Source of the DNA: Owenia fusiformis
Lineage: Eukaryota
Length of the DNA: 64,000 bases
Direction of reading: 5' to 3'
Assembly: GCA_903813345.2 (NCBI GenBank)
Contig: CAIIXF020000001.1
Coordinates: 3,720,001 to 3,784,000 of the forward strand
The notes beneath the pieces were generated by a model. That model searched no databases and was not told the DNA's origin. It worked only from the letters and a program-made list of their open reading frames with translations. Made by a program: the position numbers and the translations under genes. This document shows positions 1-29,911 of this stretch, piece by piece; position 1 is the stretch's first letter; every line of letters starts with the position of its first letter.

Positions 1-286
1 AAATGACTAAGTCAGAGAATGGCCTCTTAATGGCATGTCCCCTTTGCTTGTTTGCGTGAAGTACTTCAGGGTGTTTGACTGAGTGGTCCGCAACTCGTAC
101 AAAAAGGCTGTGGTGTGTACTTATATGTCTATGTATAAGTGCACATAAAAGAAAACAGGGCTCCTTCAAGGAGGGGTTTCTGGGTCTATCTTCCATGTTA
201 ATTACGTAAATTACGACCGTATATAAACGGGACATACCCAAGAGGTATTGCTCACCTTCATTGGTGGTAAACAAACTACAATACAA
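1..286 (+). mobile_element. SINE remnant with Meta/MESC-like central domain, in a TSEN34 intron
   Basis: AAAGGCTGTGGTGTGTACTTATATGTCTATGTATAAGTGCACATAAAAGA (about 103-152) resembles the MetaSINE core as recalled; A/C-rich tail near 268-286. Boundaries approximate. Confidence 0.5.
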
Positions 287-307
287 ATTATATTACATTA
301 TTTTTAC

Positions 308-3300
308 CTGACTTTAGTTTTTTCATACGCTTTGCTTTCTTCCCCTCTATGATTTCCCATTTCCTATTCTGAATTTCCATCTTTCTATTTTCTAATTGAA
401 GCTCTTTCTATAAAGTAAATTGATTGCAAAAATTAATTATATCACTGATACAGGACCTAGTATAGTTTAAGTAAATAAAATTATCATAAATAATATGCAG
501 TAGTAATACAGTGAACAAGCCTTATTCTGACATTTCCTAATGAAAATACATGTTTAGTACAAATTCCACAGTGTTTCAATAATGTACTTTAATTCAAAAT
601 GTAAAATTCCTTTCATGTACCTGTGCTTCATAACTTCTCTTCCTGGATTCATGGAATTTCTGCACATCTTCCTCAATAGGTGGCAGCATTGGTTTGTCAT
701 CATTGAAAAGTATGGCGACACCTATCACAATAGAACTTAATTGATTAACATATACTGCATTAAAATATATTTGTCAAAGAATAAACATTTCTGTATCAAA
801 GCCATATTGAAGTTGTAATAAAGAAAATTAAGCTAAAATTTGAAGCCTTGAAAACAGGCCTGTAGCCAGGGGCAGTGGCCAGAAATTCTTTCACAATCAT
901 GCAGTTTTCACCATTCTGAGCACTTTTGCATGATTTTTAAGCTAAAACAGTCAATAAAGCTCCCCCTTGGCAAAAGCCTTCCCCCTTGATGAAACCGCTC
1001 CCTCTTGGTAAAAGCTGGCTACAGGCCTGGAACACAGATGCATTATGTATCATATGTACGATATATATGTAGAGAGTTAGCTTCACAGAAAAAGATCTGG
1101 GGCTAAATATTGGAAAACCAGTCTTTTTATAAAAAACTGAATCATTAATTAATTTCTCAGACTATTTAAAACAATAAATCATTTAATAATACATCAGACT
1201 ATTTAGAAAAGTGAACTGATGAGATAATAGTTCAGACTATTTTTGATTTAGCAATCACTATAGATGATGAGACAATTTATAAAAATGAATCATCATATAG
1301 TATATCAGATAACAGTGAATCATTACATAATAGATCAGGCAGATGGACAGAATCATGCTAAATGACAAACTGAGACTTAAGATAACAGAAACTATAAGAC
1401 ATGGAATTTCTGTATTCATAGTTGTGACCAAAAACTCAATATTACTATCTTGATCATAGTGATGTTTTCCAGGAGATATACAAATATTTTAGGCTAAGAC
1501 CAGACATCAGAATATATCATGTAAATACTGTGTGATTAATGATACCTTTTTCTACAAGTAGTGTTGTCTCCTCTGGTAGTAGCTGTAAAGGCAGGTGAAG
1601 CTGGTAGTTCTGTCTTGGGGCTTTAGGATGTGAACCTACTAGGTTACCTATGATGCGATACTCCTCCCTAATTGTGCATGCATCTGAAAAGCAAGATACA
1701 ATATACTGAGATAGATAATTTCATACCAACAGCATAACTATAGCCAGGGTGACTGTCAACAGTGAACACTTCTATTAGAGTAGCTCAAAATAATATTTTT
1801 TAAAAGTCATGCTCCAGGCATAAGCTTCCTTTTTGGGTAACTGATGTGTGATTTTGACAAATTGTTTTGTCATCTCTTACCTATCACAGCCCTTCAAGGC
1901 TTGAAGTTGCCCCGTAGGATAAAAAGTTAGTGGGTATCACCCATGTTTCATTTAATGTATCATTTTGGGTGCTTTATTTGAATTTCTTGTGATAACATTT
2001 ATTTTTGTCCATATATTATGGTGATGTTAAGATTACAAAATAAACTGCCATTTTTTCGCTTCAGCTTGAATAGCCAGTTTTGGTCTTATATCATCATGAT
2101 ATACCATGACATCTCATTTCTTCTCAGCCCTGAAACAGAAAGATGCTATGAGTATCAGAATGGTCTTATATGGGTATAAATCTTTTGATTTCTGATTATG
2201 AATGTATAGCCAGTTGTTATATCAGTAAATAATGACATTTTCAATGATGAAAAAGAGTGATTTACATCAGGGGATCCTAAGTATTTTGAGGTATGAGGTT
2301 TGAGTCAAATGCACTAAGTAAAGAGATCTCTTTACTTGGTGTATTTGACTCGATTTTTTTTATACATGTTCCTGGGCCACAGTAATTGGAAGTTCAATAC
2401 AATAAGTAATAAATATCAGGTTAGGAAAGGTAGAATTTCATTTCTACATGGATTTTGCGCATGCGTCCCACAATGTGATTGGTCATAAGGAGGAGCGCAG
2501 ATCATTTTACGAATTTTGCAGTGCTTACATTCGCATTATTATCTTGCCATACTAGCAAGATTGAAGTATGGAATATGTTTTCTAGATCCTTTAGGGTGTT
2601 ATCTTGGGCCTGTATGACTGCTAAATCTCAAAAATCATGATAAAATATGTATAATCATTTGAAAAACATCAATATTTTTGACAAAGGATTCCACACTTGT
2701 AGTTTTAAATGATAATAGGAAGAAGGAAATTCTGTTCACTGTGTCCAGTCACTGTGTCCCTATAGTAACATAAATGTTGCGCTCGACATATAGCATACTA
2801 TTGTAATGACCTGAGGGCGCCCCAGGGGAATGACTAACTAACAAGCATAGTGTAACAAGCCAGATAAAGAAATTGAAAGAAAGTGTGCTAAATTCAATGC
2901 CCCATGTGGGAATCGAACCTAGGACCCTTTGATCCAAAGACTGATGCTCTACCGACTGAGCTATAAAGGCTTAAGCCACTACAGAGGTACAGCTGGACTG
3001 TAGTAGCAACTTGCTATCAAGGGTCGTTACACTTTATCTAGTAGAGGTGTAACTCGCCAGAAAAATCCAACTCGAGTTCAACTTGCCAAATATTTCCAAA
3101 GCTCGAGTTAATTAATTTTGTTTAGTACATATTGTTAACCCGGGTACACAAAATTACTGTAACTTCTAGCGGCAAGTTTCTCTGGTTAAAGGAATATTCC
3201 TTGCCAAACCATCTCTCTCCTCATATGGCAGCTATAACCATATATATGCTTGCCATGTTTAGCAAAACACGCAAAAATGTTTTGATATGGTCAAATTTGA

Positions 3301-4784
3301 TCACTTAGAAATGTGATGCTCAATTCCAGTAAGCTGCCATCTTTAAAAGTTTCACACAGGAAGTGATGTCATCAACTCTCAACTTTGCATATAGCATTAG
3401 GTGAGGAGCTATTAAGAATTACAAAACCAGCTAAATATTCTTTTTCAACTTTGTATCTTATTTAATCCTTCTGAAAATCTCGTCTTTTATTCTAAGTTGA
3501 CAAGCCCTAAAAATATTTTTGCACAGAAAGTAATGATCACTTGTCTAGAAGTGATTTTGTGCTACTTTCCTATACTGTTATGGGCAAGGTTATAGTAGTT
3601 GAGAGTTGATGACATCACTTCCTGCAAGAAATCTTAAAAGATGGCAGCTCACTGGAAATAAGCACTCGATTTTTAAATGATCAATATTGACCATATTAAA
3701 ACATTTTCCCATGTTTTGCTAAATATGGAATCTATATATATGATTATAGCTACCATATCAAGAGAGAAAGGGTCTGGCAAGGAATATTCCTTTAAGTCGC
3801 TTCTAAAAGCTGTTTTACACGTTGGGGCCATAAGAAAGTGTGGTATTCATTGCAGTTATCTCATATTTCAATCAAAAACGATCTGGTATAGACGTTGCCG
3901 CATACGGTAAGGACTAGAGATCGCTAAAATGAACCAAGAATCTAAACAAACAATATTTTGGAAAACCTGGAAGGGCCCCTCAAATAATGAATGGTTTTCC
4001 CGGATTATCTTCATTATTTCTACTAAAGACTGCTGGATATCGATCTAAAGTTATGACTTATGATCTTAATTTAATGATAGATCATCTTTTTTATGTAAAA
4101 GTCATGTAAACGACGTGAGAATAAGGGGACCATTTTTATTCAATTTTAGTGACTACTCTTTTATCGCCCGCTTGAGTTCCTTCGATAGTAATTTTTCTGA
4201 ATTCTTGGTGTAACTTGTCATTCCTCGATATTTGTTGAACTTTGTGAAGCTTTGAGAGTGTTTTCCACGTGACGGGTGCTAAATATGGCGATCATTGGTA
4301 TATTTATTCTCTAGTGGTAGTGTTGCACGATCTCTGGGACCCGAATTCATTTTACATGCAAGAGAGTTTAACTCGAGTTATAACTAGCTCACGAGTTGAA
4401 ATAGATTGCGAGTTTCTAGAGGACAACTCGAGGTAATGTATAGGCAGATCTGACGAGCTGTACTCTAGTTACAGACTAGGGAGTTACACCTCTAATATCT
4501 AGTAATTATGTGCATGTGGTTATATCAAAATATAATTTCCCTATTTTTCAACTTCAACGTCACTGTAAGCATGCAGTTATGATTGGGGCAAGCCGAAATC
4601 ATGATCTTTACCTTGATGTTATTACCCGGGTGTTATTATGATTTTGGCTTGCCTTGATTTTGACTGTTGTCGAGTGGGCGATAATATATGTAAAATTAAG
4701 TATTCCATCAAATTATGACACATGAGACTTACCTTTGGAATTCCAAATATATGCCTTCTTGTTCTTTATATGTATTTCTATCAT
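308..4784 (-). CDS. TSEN34: tRNA-splicing endonuclease subunit Sen34, 5' part (gene continues beyond left edge)
   Basis: Exons 4784-4733, 1683-1546, 721-621 and 407-308 with GT-AG junctions and matching phases give MIEIHIKNKKAYIWNSKDACTIREEYRIIGNLVGSHPKAPRQNYQLHLPLQLLPEETTLLVEKG..., matching the Sen34 N-terminal motif (G.LP..PRQN..L.LPL.L.PEE..LL.E.G). Confidence 0.88.
855..1029. mobile_element. Small MITE with 15-bp TIRs
   Basis: CAGGCCTGTAGCCAG ... CTGGCTACAGGCCTG perfect inverted ends, internal CCCCTTG repeats; no clean TSD. Confidence 0.7.
2302..2351. repeat. 50-bp near-perfect palindrome
   Basis: GAGTCAAATGCACTAAGTAAAGAGA|TCTCTTTACTTGGTGTATTTGACTC, 23 of 25 pairs, no spacer. Confidence 0.85.
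2764..3031 (-). mobile_element. Candidate solo LTR containing a tRNA-derived sequence (Helenus-type TRIM-like)
   Basis: Minus strand reads TGTAAC...GTTACT (268 bp); flanks CTAT/CTTT (3 of 4 match); the tRNA-like segment is internal, not at the 5' end. Confidence 0.45.
2899..2970 (-). pseudogene. tRNA-Lys(UUU)-derived sequence, non-canonical cloverleaf
   Basis: GCCTTTATAGCTCAGTCGGTAGAGCATCAGTCTTTGGATCAAAGGGTCCTAGGTTCGATTCCCACATGGGGC: D arm and A/B boxes intact and tRNA-Lys-like; anticodon, T and acceptor stems mispaired. Confidence 0.75.
3042..4494. mobile_element. Non-autonomous hAT element
   Basis: TIR TAGAGGTGTAACTC / GAGTTACACCTCTA; 8-bp TSD TTATCTAG/ATATCTAG (7/8); subterminal AACTCGAG repeats. 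Confidence 0.85.
3190..3791. mobile_element. Kolobok/T2-type MITE nested in the hAT element
   Basis: TTAA|AGGAATATTCCTTGCCA ... TGGCAAGGAATATTCCT|TTAA; imperfect inverted arms of about 195 bp. Confidence 0.85.
4574..4666. repeat. Imperfect hairpin in TSEN34 intron 1
   Basis: GGCAAGCCGAAATCATGA versus TTATGATTTTGGCTTGCC, with CAGT/ACTG ends. Confidence 0.55.
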
Positions 4785-4799
4785 ATTGGTGGCTACTGA

Positions 4800-5130
4800 A
4801 GCAGTAACATCCCAGTAATATTGTGTCGTGTGCTATTTGATGACCGACACATTCGCTTTTGGTACTGTCTCGGAGCAGTTCGTTCAGTGCTATCGTGCCT
4901 CAATATGAATAATAGTGGACAATCTGCGCAAGGTTCGCTTTTTTCTAGTTCCCGTTTAGGAGCATGCGCTACAATGAATCAACTTCCTATGAATTTTATC
5001 GACCAATCAGCAATGATGCTGTACTCAGAGTAATGAAAATACAGACCAATCAAATTTAAGAAGCGCTAAAATTGTGCGCATAGAATCAAACAAAAACAAC
5101 GAGCCAGCTGCAGCATGCCCTTAGCAAGTC
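4800..5130. promoter_or_regulatory. Probable TSEN34 promoter region, possibly shared with the divergent PI3K gene
   Basis: Relatively CpG-rich stretch just upstream of the TSEN34 ATG with two CCAAT boxes (5003, 5046) 43 bp apart. Confidence 0.4.
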
Positions 5131-5704
5131 GGTTAAAAAGTTTATAACATTTAAAATGGATTAAAAGTAGAAGAACGGATGCAGTTCATGAAAACTAATG
5201 GTACGTATAGAAATATCAGGTCTTTGAATAAGTGCTTCAAAATTATTGAGATCGTATGCTCAGAGGTAGTACACTTTTTTCATGATTCTATTTTGATTTT
5301 TGAATATTTTTTTCCTGGTCAGCTTCTCATCTCTGCTCTGTTTTTTGAATATTTTTTCCTGGTTAGACTTTTAACTAAATTCTGTATCTCCGTAATCACT
5401 AACAAAGGTTATTCAAACATTCCTACATTATAAGAGTAAAAAATAAAGTAATTTCGTCCTCCAGGACTGAATGCTCCAAATATGAAGATTCTTGCATTGT
5501 TTTGAGGGGGCTTTTGATCAGTTTAGTGAATTGACCTTTGCGATCACAATTCAGGTATTTTGTTTATGGATACTGTTGTCATGTATTTCGTCTTATTGGT
5601 GTGACATCATATAGAAACGATATCAGACATGATGGAGTGACGAAATGGCGGACACGTGGCAATTTTGAGCTAAAAATGTTATTGTTTCTTTTTTGAAATG
5701 TAAA

Positions 5705-7205
5705 GGCTAGAGTGCCGACAATTGTCGGTACTCTAGACTTTGATGTAGTGGCACGCTAGAGGACCGACAAATAAATTGTCGGTACGGGAGATATGCTGTG
5801 TTTACACGCTAGAGGACCGACAAATATTGATTTTCGAATTTTCTGGCGCATGCGCAATGCGCGGGGGGATATTTCAGATATCATACGGATATTTTGGGAA
5901 CAAGTGCAAAACCCGGGGAGGGCATTAGCCCCGGTTACCCGGGGATTACCAAACCCAGTCAAAAAATGGTACCCCGGGAACAGGGAATGGTAGTAAACGT
6001 TGAAAACCCAATAAAAAGGAAGGGGCGTTTGCTACCCATTAGATAGAAGAAAATAGCTAGAATGTTTTTTAGAGCTTATCGTATGGTATGAGGTTCCATA
6101 TCCATCCGCCAAAAGGTATGACCCCTATATAGTCCATTTAAAAACCTGTGGTATCGTTCTAAATAACCCATAGTTGGCTTCTAGGGTACCTAGTATGCCA
6201 CTATTTGGTATCAAAATAAAGAGGAGTTCAACTTTTATTTGAATTACGAAAATAGCGATGTAGGTCAAAATAGCTCTGAATGTGAGCATGTTTACTACGC
6301 GTTTGCCTGTCATATCAGAATTGAGGAAGTGGTAGCAAACGCGAGTTACAATAAACGGACGCTGATATCTCAAAAAGTAACCTGACTCACTATAATTTGA
6401 TGTAGGTCAATCGAACCCCTATATGGACAGGTGCATTTTGATATATAACACTATGGGGGTAAGCGTTTCATAGTTGGTCACGAACGCCATATGTGCAAAG
6501 TATTGTTATGAATTTTCGAATTTGGTGTTGGATTACGGTACTCATACCTTATAGCACAATTTTTGATGGAAGTTGCATTTGGCTCCCTTAGTTAATAATG
6601 GCCACGATTCCATCTCGCATGAGAGAGCTACCAAACGCAAAGTAAACAGTGATATATTCCAAATGAGATATTTCTCCTGTGCTATGGTGTAGTAAGGGTA
6701 GAGGTCGACGGGGGCGAAAGCATCCCCTCCTAATTGTATATATCGACCCATTTATAGATAGAACAAGAAAAGAGCTTTAAAATGTTTTTTAATTGAAGCT
6801 TGTAGGACAATTTTGATGGAAGTTGAATCAATTTTTGTCGAAATAAATTATAGCTCACTACAAGTTAATGCCTGTACGATTCCATACTACAAAAGAAGCA
6901 CTACCCCCCCCTCAAAAGAAAAAAGTAGGTCCTGCCGGGATTCGAACTCGGGACCGAGTGTGTTTGAATCGTGCTCGCTAACCACTAGACTACCAGTGAT
7001 GAGGTTATTTCTAAAATAAAAGTAGTGAATTTATTTATGAAATTGTCGGCTCTCTAGCAAAAACACGTAGCAGCCACTTGCGTACCGACAATTGTCGGTT
7101 CTCTATCTGACACTACTAGGTGACGATAGAGTGCCGACAATTGTCGGTACCCCAGCAAATACCCCTGGACAGTCTCCAGTACCGACAATTGTTGGTCCTG
7201 GAGCC
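5705..7205. mobile_element. Non-autonomous DNA transposon with modular TIRs built from the palindrome CCGACAATTGTCGG (MuDR/foldback-like)
   Basis: GGCT..CCGACAATTGTCGGTAC modules at 5705-5825 are mirrored at 7040-7205; no TSD recovered, and the left end may be truncated. Confidence 0.65.
6919..6999 (-). pseudogene. tRNA-Glu-derived Pol III cassette (A box, B box, T6 run) inside the transposon
   Basis: TCACTGGTAGTCTAGTGGTTAG...CCCGAGTTCGAATCCCGGCAGGACCTACTTTTTT; both ends resemble tRNA-Glu, the anticodon arm is unrecognisable. Confidence 0.6.
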
Positions 7206-7699
7206 ACTCCGTTTTTGAAAACCAGGGGTCAGATATTTACCAGCTATGCCTATTTGACATGATCTTGATAGTTTCTTTGTGTGAAGTTTCGGTGATATCC
7301 ATACCGTAAACATTGATGCCTATAAATGCCCCCTGTTTTTTCAAAATCGGGGGGCGCTTAACCGCTATTTATATCATGTCAGTAAGATCTTAGACTTGGC
7401 ATGTGCTTAGAATGAATGTTGATCTAGTCAAATCGAACATTTTTGTGAAAAATAAATCAATAAAGTACGGAATACAGAAGATAATCTCTCAAAATCAAAA
7501 ATCTATAGCAATGTGGCCTGATTGTGACGTCATTACAAGATAGAATTCATCCAGTGATCGCAAATCATTGATTGTGATGTCAGCCAGAGGAACAGAGATT
7601 TGTGAGATATTTTGTGTATTCAATCCCAGAGCAGGCAAAAAGTACATTTGCCACCGCACCCAATTTTACCTCATCAGGAGGAGGCAGTGTCATCCATAC

Positions 7700-8035
7700 A
7701 GTACTGTCAACCCCCAAAGATTTTCTCGCGGGACAGATTTTTTAGACCCAGTGCCAAAAATTCGCGGGATTTTGTGGGATATCCACCCAAATTCACGTGA
7801 TTTTGTGGGACATTTAGGGATTTGCGTGATTGCACTACTTGGCCAAATTTTGACCAAATTCGCGGGACTATTCGAGGGATAAACACGCTAATTGCGGGAG
7901 AGTTCACAGGGTAACCACCAAAGACTTCATAGAAGGACAGATTTTTTAGAGAGACTGCCCAAAATTCGCGGGACATCCACCTAAATTTGCGGGATGTCCC
8001 GGGACAATCAAGGGACATTTGCGTGATTGGGACTT
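7700..8035. repeat. Degenerate tandem repeat: two about 205-bp units rich in AAATTCGCGGGA
   Basis: CCAAAGA..GGACAGATTTTTTAGA..AAAATTCGCGGGA recurs at about 7713 and 7918; an AACTTC-type microrepeat follows at about 8094-8146. Confidence 0.7.
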
Positions 8036-10248
8036 AATGTAAAAGTACTCAAATCAAACTCTCAGATACTGATTAATCAAATATAATGCACTTAACTTCA
8101 ACTTCAATAACTTCAATTAAACTTCGTTAACTTCAATAAACGTCAACACGATTTCACACAATACGCATAGGAATATTATTACATATTTTCTTACTTAGGT
8201 CCAAAGCCTTCTCTATATTCCGGCTTTAAGTGATTGTTACAGATTACATAATCCAATATTTGTATATCATGGTGACACACGCACAATTGTTACAGTATAA
8301 TTATATGAAACATTTCTTTATGCATACATTTGCACAATATCAGCTCACGTTTTTGACTTAATCGATTGTTATATATATTTTAATTTAGCTAAGTGGAGTT
8401 TCATTTAAAAATGGCCTCCATTTTTCTTCGAGTGAGCTGTATAAATGGCAGATCCTTGAGTTTGAGGTTCTTTCCAGAAAGAAATTTTGAAATATCTTGA
8501 TCCAGACAAGCAATGCTTCAGCTTAAATATGATTGATACTCTTATAAATATTTATATATATATGTAGCTTTTCAATTTCACCTGTATTCATGTTCGAAAT
8601 ATAGGCAAAAGATTTGTTACATTATTTTTCATGAGCATTAAAACCATCAAAATTAACTTTGAAGGAGATCGTTAGCTGTTGGGGGATGAAAATAACAGAA
8701 ATGCAAGAAAACATGAATAATTCGAAGAGATAATGTCATGAGGATTATTTGTTATTTCACAAACACCCTAGATATATTTAAGTGTGCAATTGGTCTTATT
8801 CAATTCTTATATTTAAGATGGAGTAAACAACATTTAGTTTTGCAATATTTTATAATATTTATTAAATGAAAGTATTGAGTGTCATGATTTGACTTTTATT
8901 GCTCATCAAAATTATGGATGCAGATGTTTCCTACAAACCTTTTTTTGTTGATAATTAGAAAAAAATATTTTGAAATATACCATATTTTGGATTAGAACCA
9001 TATACAAAGTAAGGTAATAAAGATATAGCTTGCCAATAAGTTCATTTAGGTAAATTTGCATTGATTAAAAATAGAAACAAGAAGGTTCACGAAACCAAAA
9101 CCTGATCCCAAACACATGTTAATAACTCAACATGGGTTTATTATGGTCACTGGTTATGGTCTCAAGCTTTTTTGTGAACTGTGTTTAGCAATTGGTTTAT
9201 GGCGTTCAACATCTGTAACAATTGGTAGGTGGTGACATTTTGCATGTTAATGCATGTTATCATATTTGGCACAATAATATCACATTCAATGCTCTTTTGT
9301 TCTTCCAATGGTTTATTTGGTCACGATTTTATGGCCATTATATAAAACATGCTGTAAAATACTAGCATTGTGAACTTGAACTTAGGGGGCATAGCCATAG
9401 CTGTTCAATATATGAGCACAGACATCTTTGTTTAGTGGTTGTCATCTTCCTTCTTATCTCTTGTTCAATGTTTCAAGGGTTGTTAATGTAGATATAAGCT
9501 CCAAAGATAAAAATCTGGTGGGATTTTGCATGTTTTGGCTCCAAGGTTTCGGCATTTGGAGCATGATTTGTAGATAGTTATACAATTGTGACCATTGGAG
9601 ACCAATGGAACTTTAAGGAAAGAACATTAAACAATTTTTAATTATGCCACATATGATTTGAAATCCATGCTGAATGAATGAGCTAGTAACATGCATTTGT
9701 TTGCTAATATTTTTTGAGTAAAACTTCTGAAATATTACCAAAATTCAATATGAATAGTGATGATTTATTTACAAATATAATTCAAGTGATAATGTTGTCA
9801 TACAACATATTTTATAGTTTGTATACCTCATTTAACAATTTTTTAGAATAGTCAACATATTCTGTGTAGGGCACTTTAGAATATTTGTCTCGTTTCCAAT
9901 ATGCATGTGAAATCTTGTACATGTGTATTTCTCTGTAGATATTGACGTAGTTGTGACTAATGGAGTCATGTTGTGATACACTATGTCAGTAAAAGTGATA
10001 AATACCATCTCAATTATATTACAAAATTCTCATCTTGGCAATCCAGGAGAAAATGAATGAACCCCTGCATAATATAGAAATACTTTTTAAATGCTAGTAT
10101 TTTCTCAAATTCACAAAATTTGAAAGATATTTTTCATCCATATCTCTGAAATTGCCCAGATGAGACGAGGCAAGAATTCACAAAATTGCTTGAGATAACA
10201 GTGTTTGAAACTTTTCTTATACTAATGTACTTTCAGGTATAACAAAAG

Positions 10249-28753
<18,505 letters not shown>

Positions 28754-28985
28754 TCAAAGGGATGATTGATATTTACCTGAAAGTAACCTGAAAAATGGAT
28801 ACTAATTAATAAAGCCTAATTTGCTGGTATACCTCTGTAAGATCTAAAGATAATCTTAAAATTGAGGTGCAAATTATGCTTACCTTATTCTTATGTGCCA
28901 AGGATGGGGATTGGTGGGATGGTCCAATTAAACTTCTCTTTCTCTAAGAGATGAATTGTAATATCAACGTAACCAATGTATAATA

Positions 28986-29044
28986 AGCGCATAACATGTA
29001 ACTACAATGCACATAGCGCATAACATGTAACTACAATGCACATA
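28986..29044. repeat. 29-bp tandem duplication in the presumed PI3K 3' UTR
   Basis: AGCGCATAACATGTAACTACAATGCACAT occurs twice in tandem. Confidence 0.9.
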
Positions 29045-29911
29045 CAGAATATATGTTTTTACTTCGTATGCCTACTTGTATATATGTACATAATATTTAT
29101 ACACAGAATCAAAAGATTGGAGATTATCTATATCAGAATACTCTACCATTTTGATTCATCACAGCTCACAAATGGATATTTTTAACTCACATTGTGAAGT
29201 TAAACATGAAACACAATTTGGAGAAGGGACCTTGCACAAATAATTTGCTCAAATACTGTGCCTAAAAGTATGAATGGATGTTAGAATATGATGTAATTAT
29301 CATGCAACTTTGAATAAGTTGCATACTCGTACTATGCAATCTTGTATTACTTACTGTTGTGGCATATTTAGATTATAAGTCCAGTGCATGAATGCAATGT
29401 AATTGATCAATGTAATGTGAAATGTGAAAAAATGAAATTGTCACCTGGCTGTCTGATAAATTAACAAAAGAGTTTGTAAAGACATAAATGCTTACTATGA
29501 GTTGATTTTCATGGTTACAAAAAATGAATTACAATAATGAATTTTTATAAATAGTTTGCCTCTGTTTTAGTAAACATAGTCTGGCCATGTTATGGAATGC
29601 ATTTGCTCATCGATCATGCTCATATAAACACATCATCACACTATCACACATATATATTATATACAGATGAAGTGCGATGGAACAGCTGTAAATGGAGGCA
29701 CATAAAATATATATTTTGAGGCTGATTGCTGTATGATAATTCATCTTAGGAACCACAGCAATTGCCGTATATCAGTAAATTACTAAATTGTATTGTATAA
29801 AGCTATTATTTTTCGAATAAAATATATGGCAAAACAGACATGTGCTTAGTTTGTTTAATCTTTGACCAAATGTTTTTGTATAATCATTTATTTATATAAT
29901 TTGACATTTAA

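Noticed and set aside
1130-1400. Degenerate CAGACTATTT/GAATCAT repeats
   Set aside because: Too eroded to define a unit or boundaries by eye.
2899-2970. Functional tRNA gene (Lys, or Gln from the TTG in the loop)
   Set aside because: Anticodon, T and acceptor stems are mispaired; only the promoter boxes and D arm survive.
6925-6999. Functional tRNA-Glu gene
   Set aside because: No foldable anticodon arm and a poor acceptor stem.
7209-7350. Short inverted repeat CCGTTTTTGAAAACCAGGGG / CCCCTGTTTTTTCAAAATCGG
   Set aside because: Probably part of another repeat, but no termini or TSD could be defined.
7568-8018. About 100-aa ORFs on both strands
   Set aside because: They arise from a GC-richer degenerate tandem repeat with no protein-family features.
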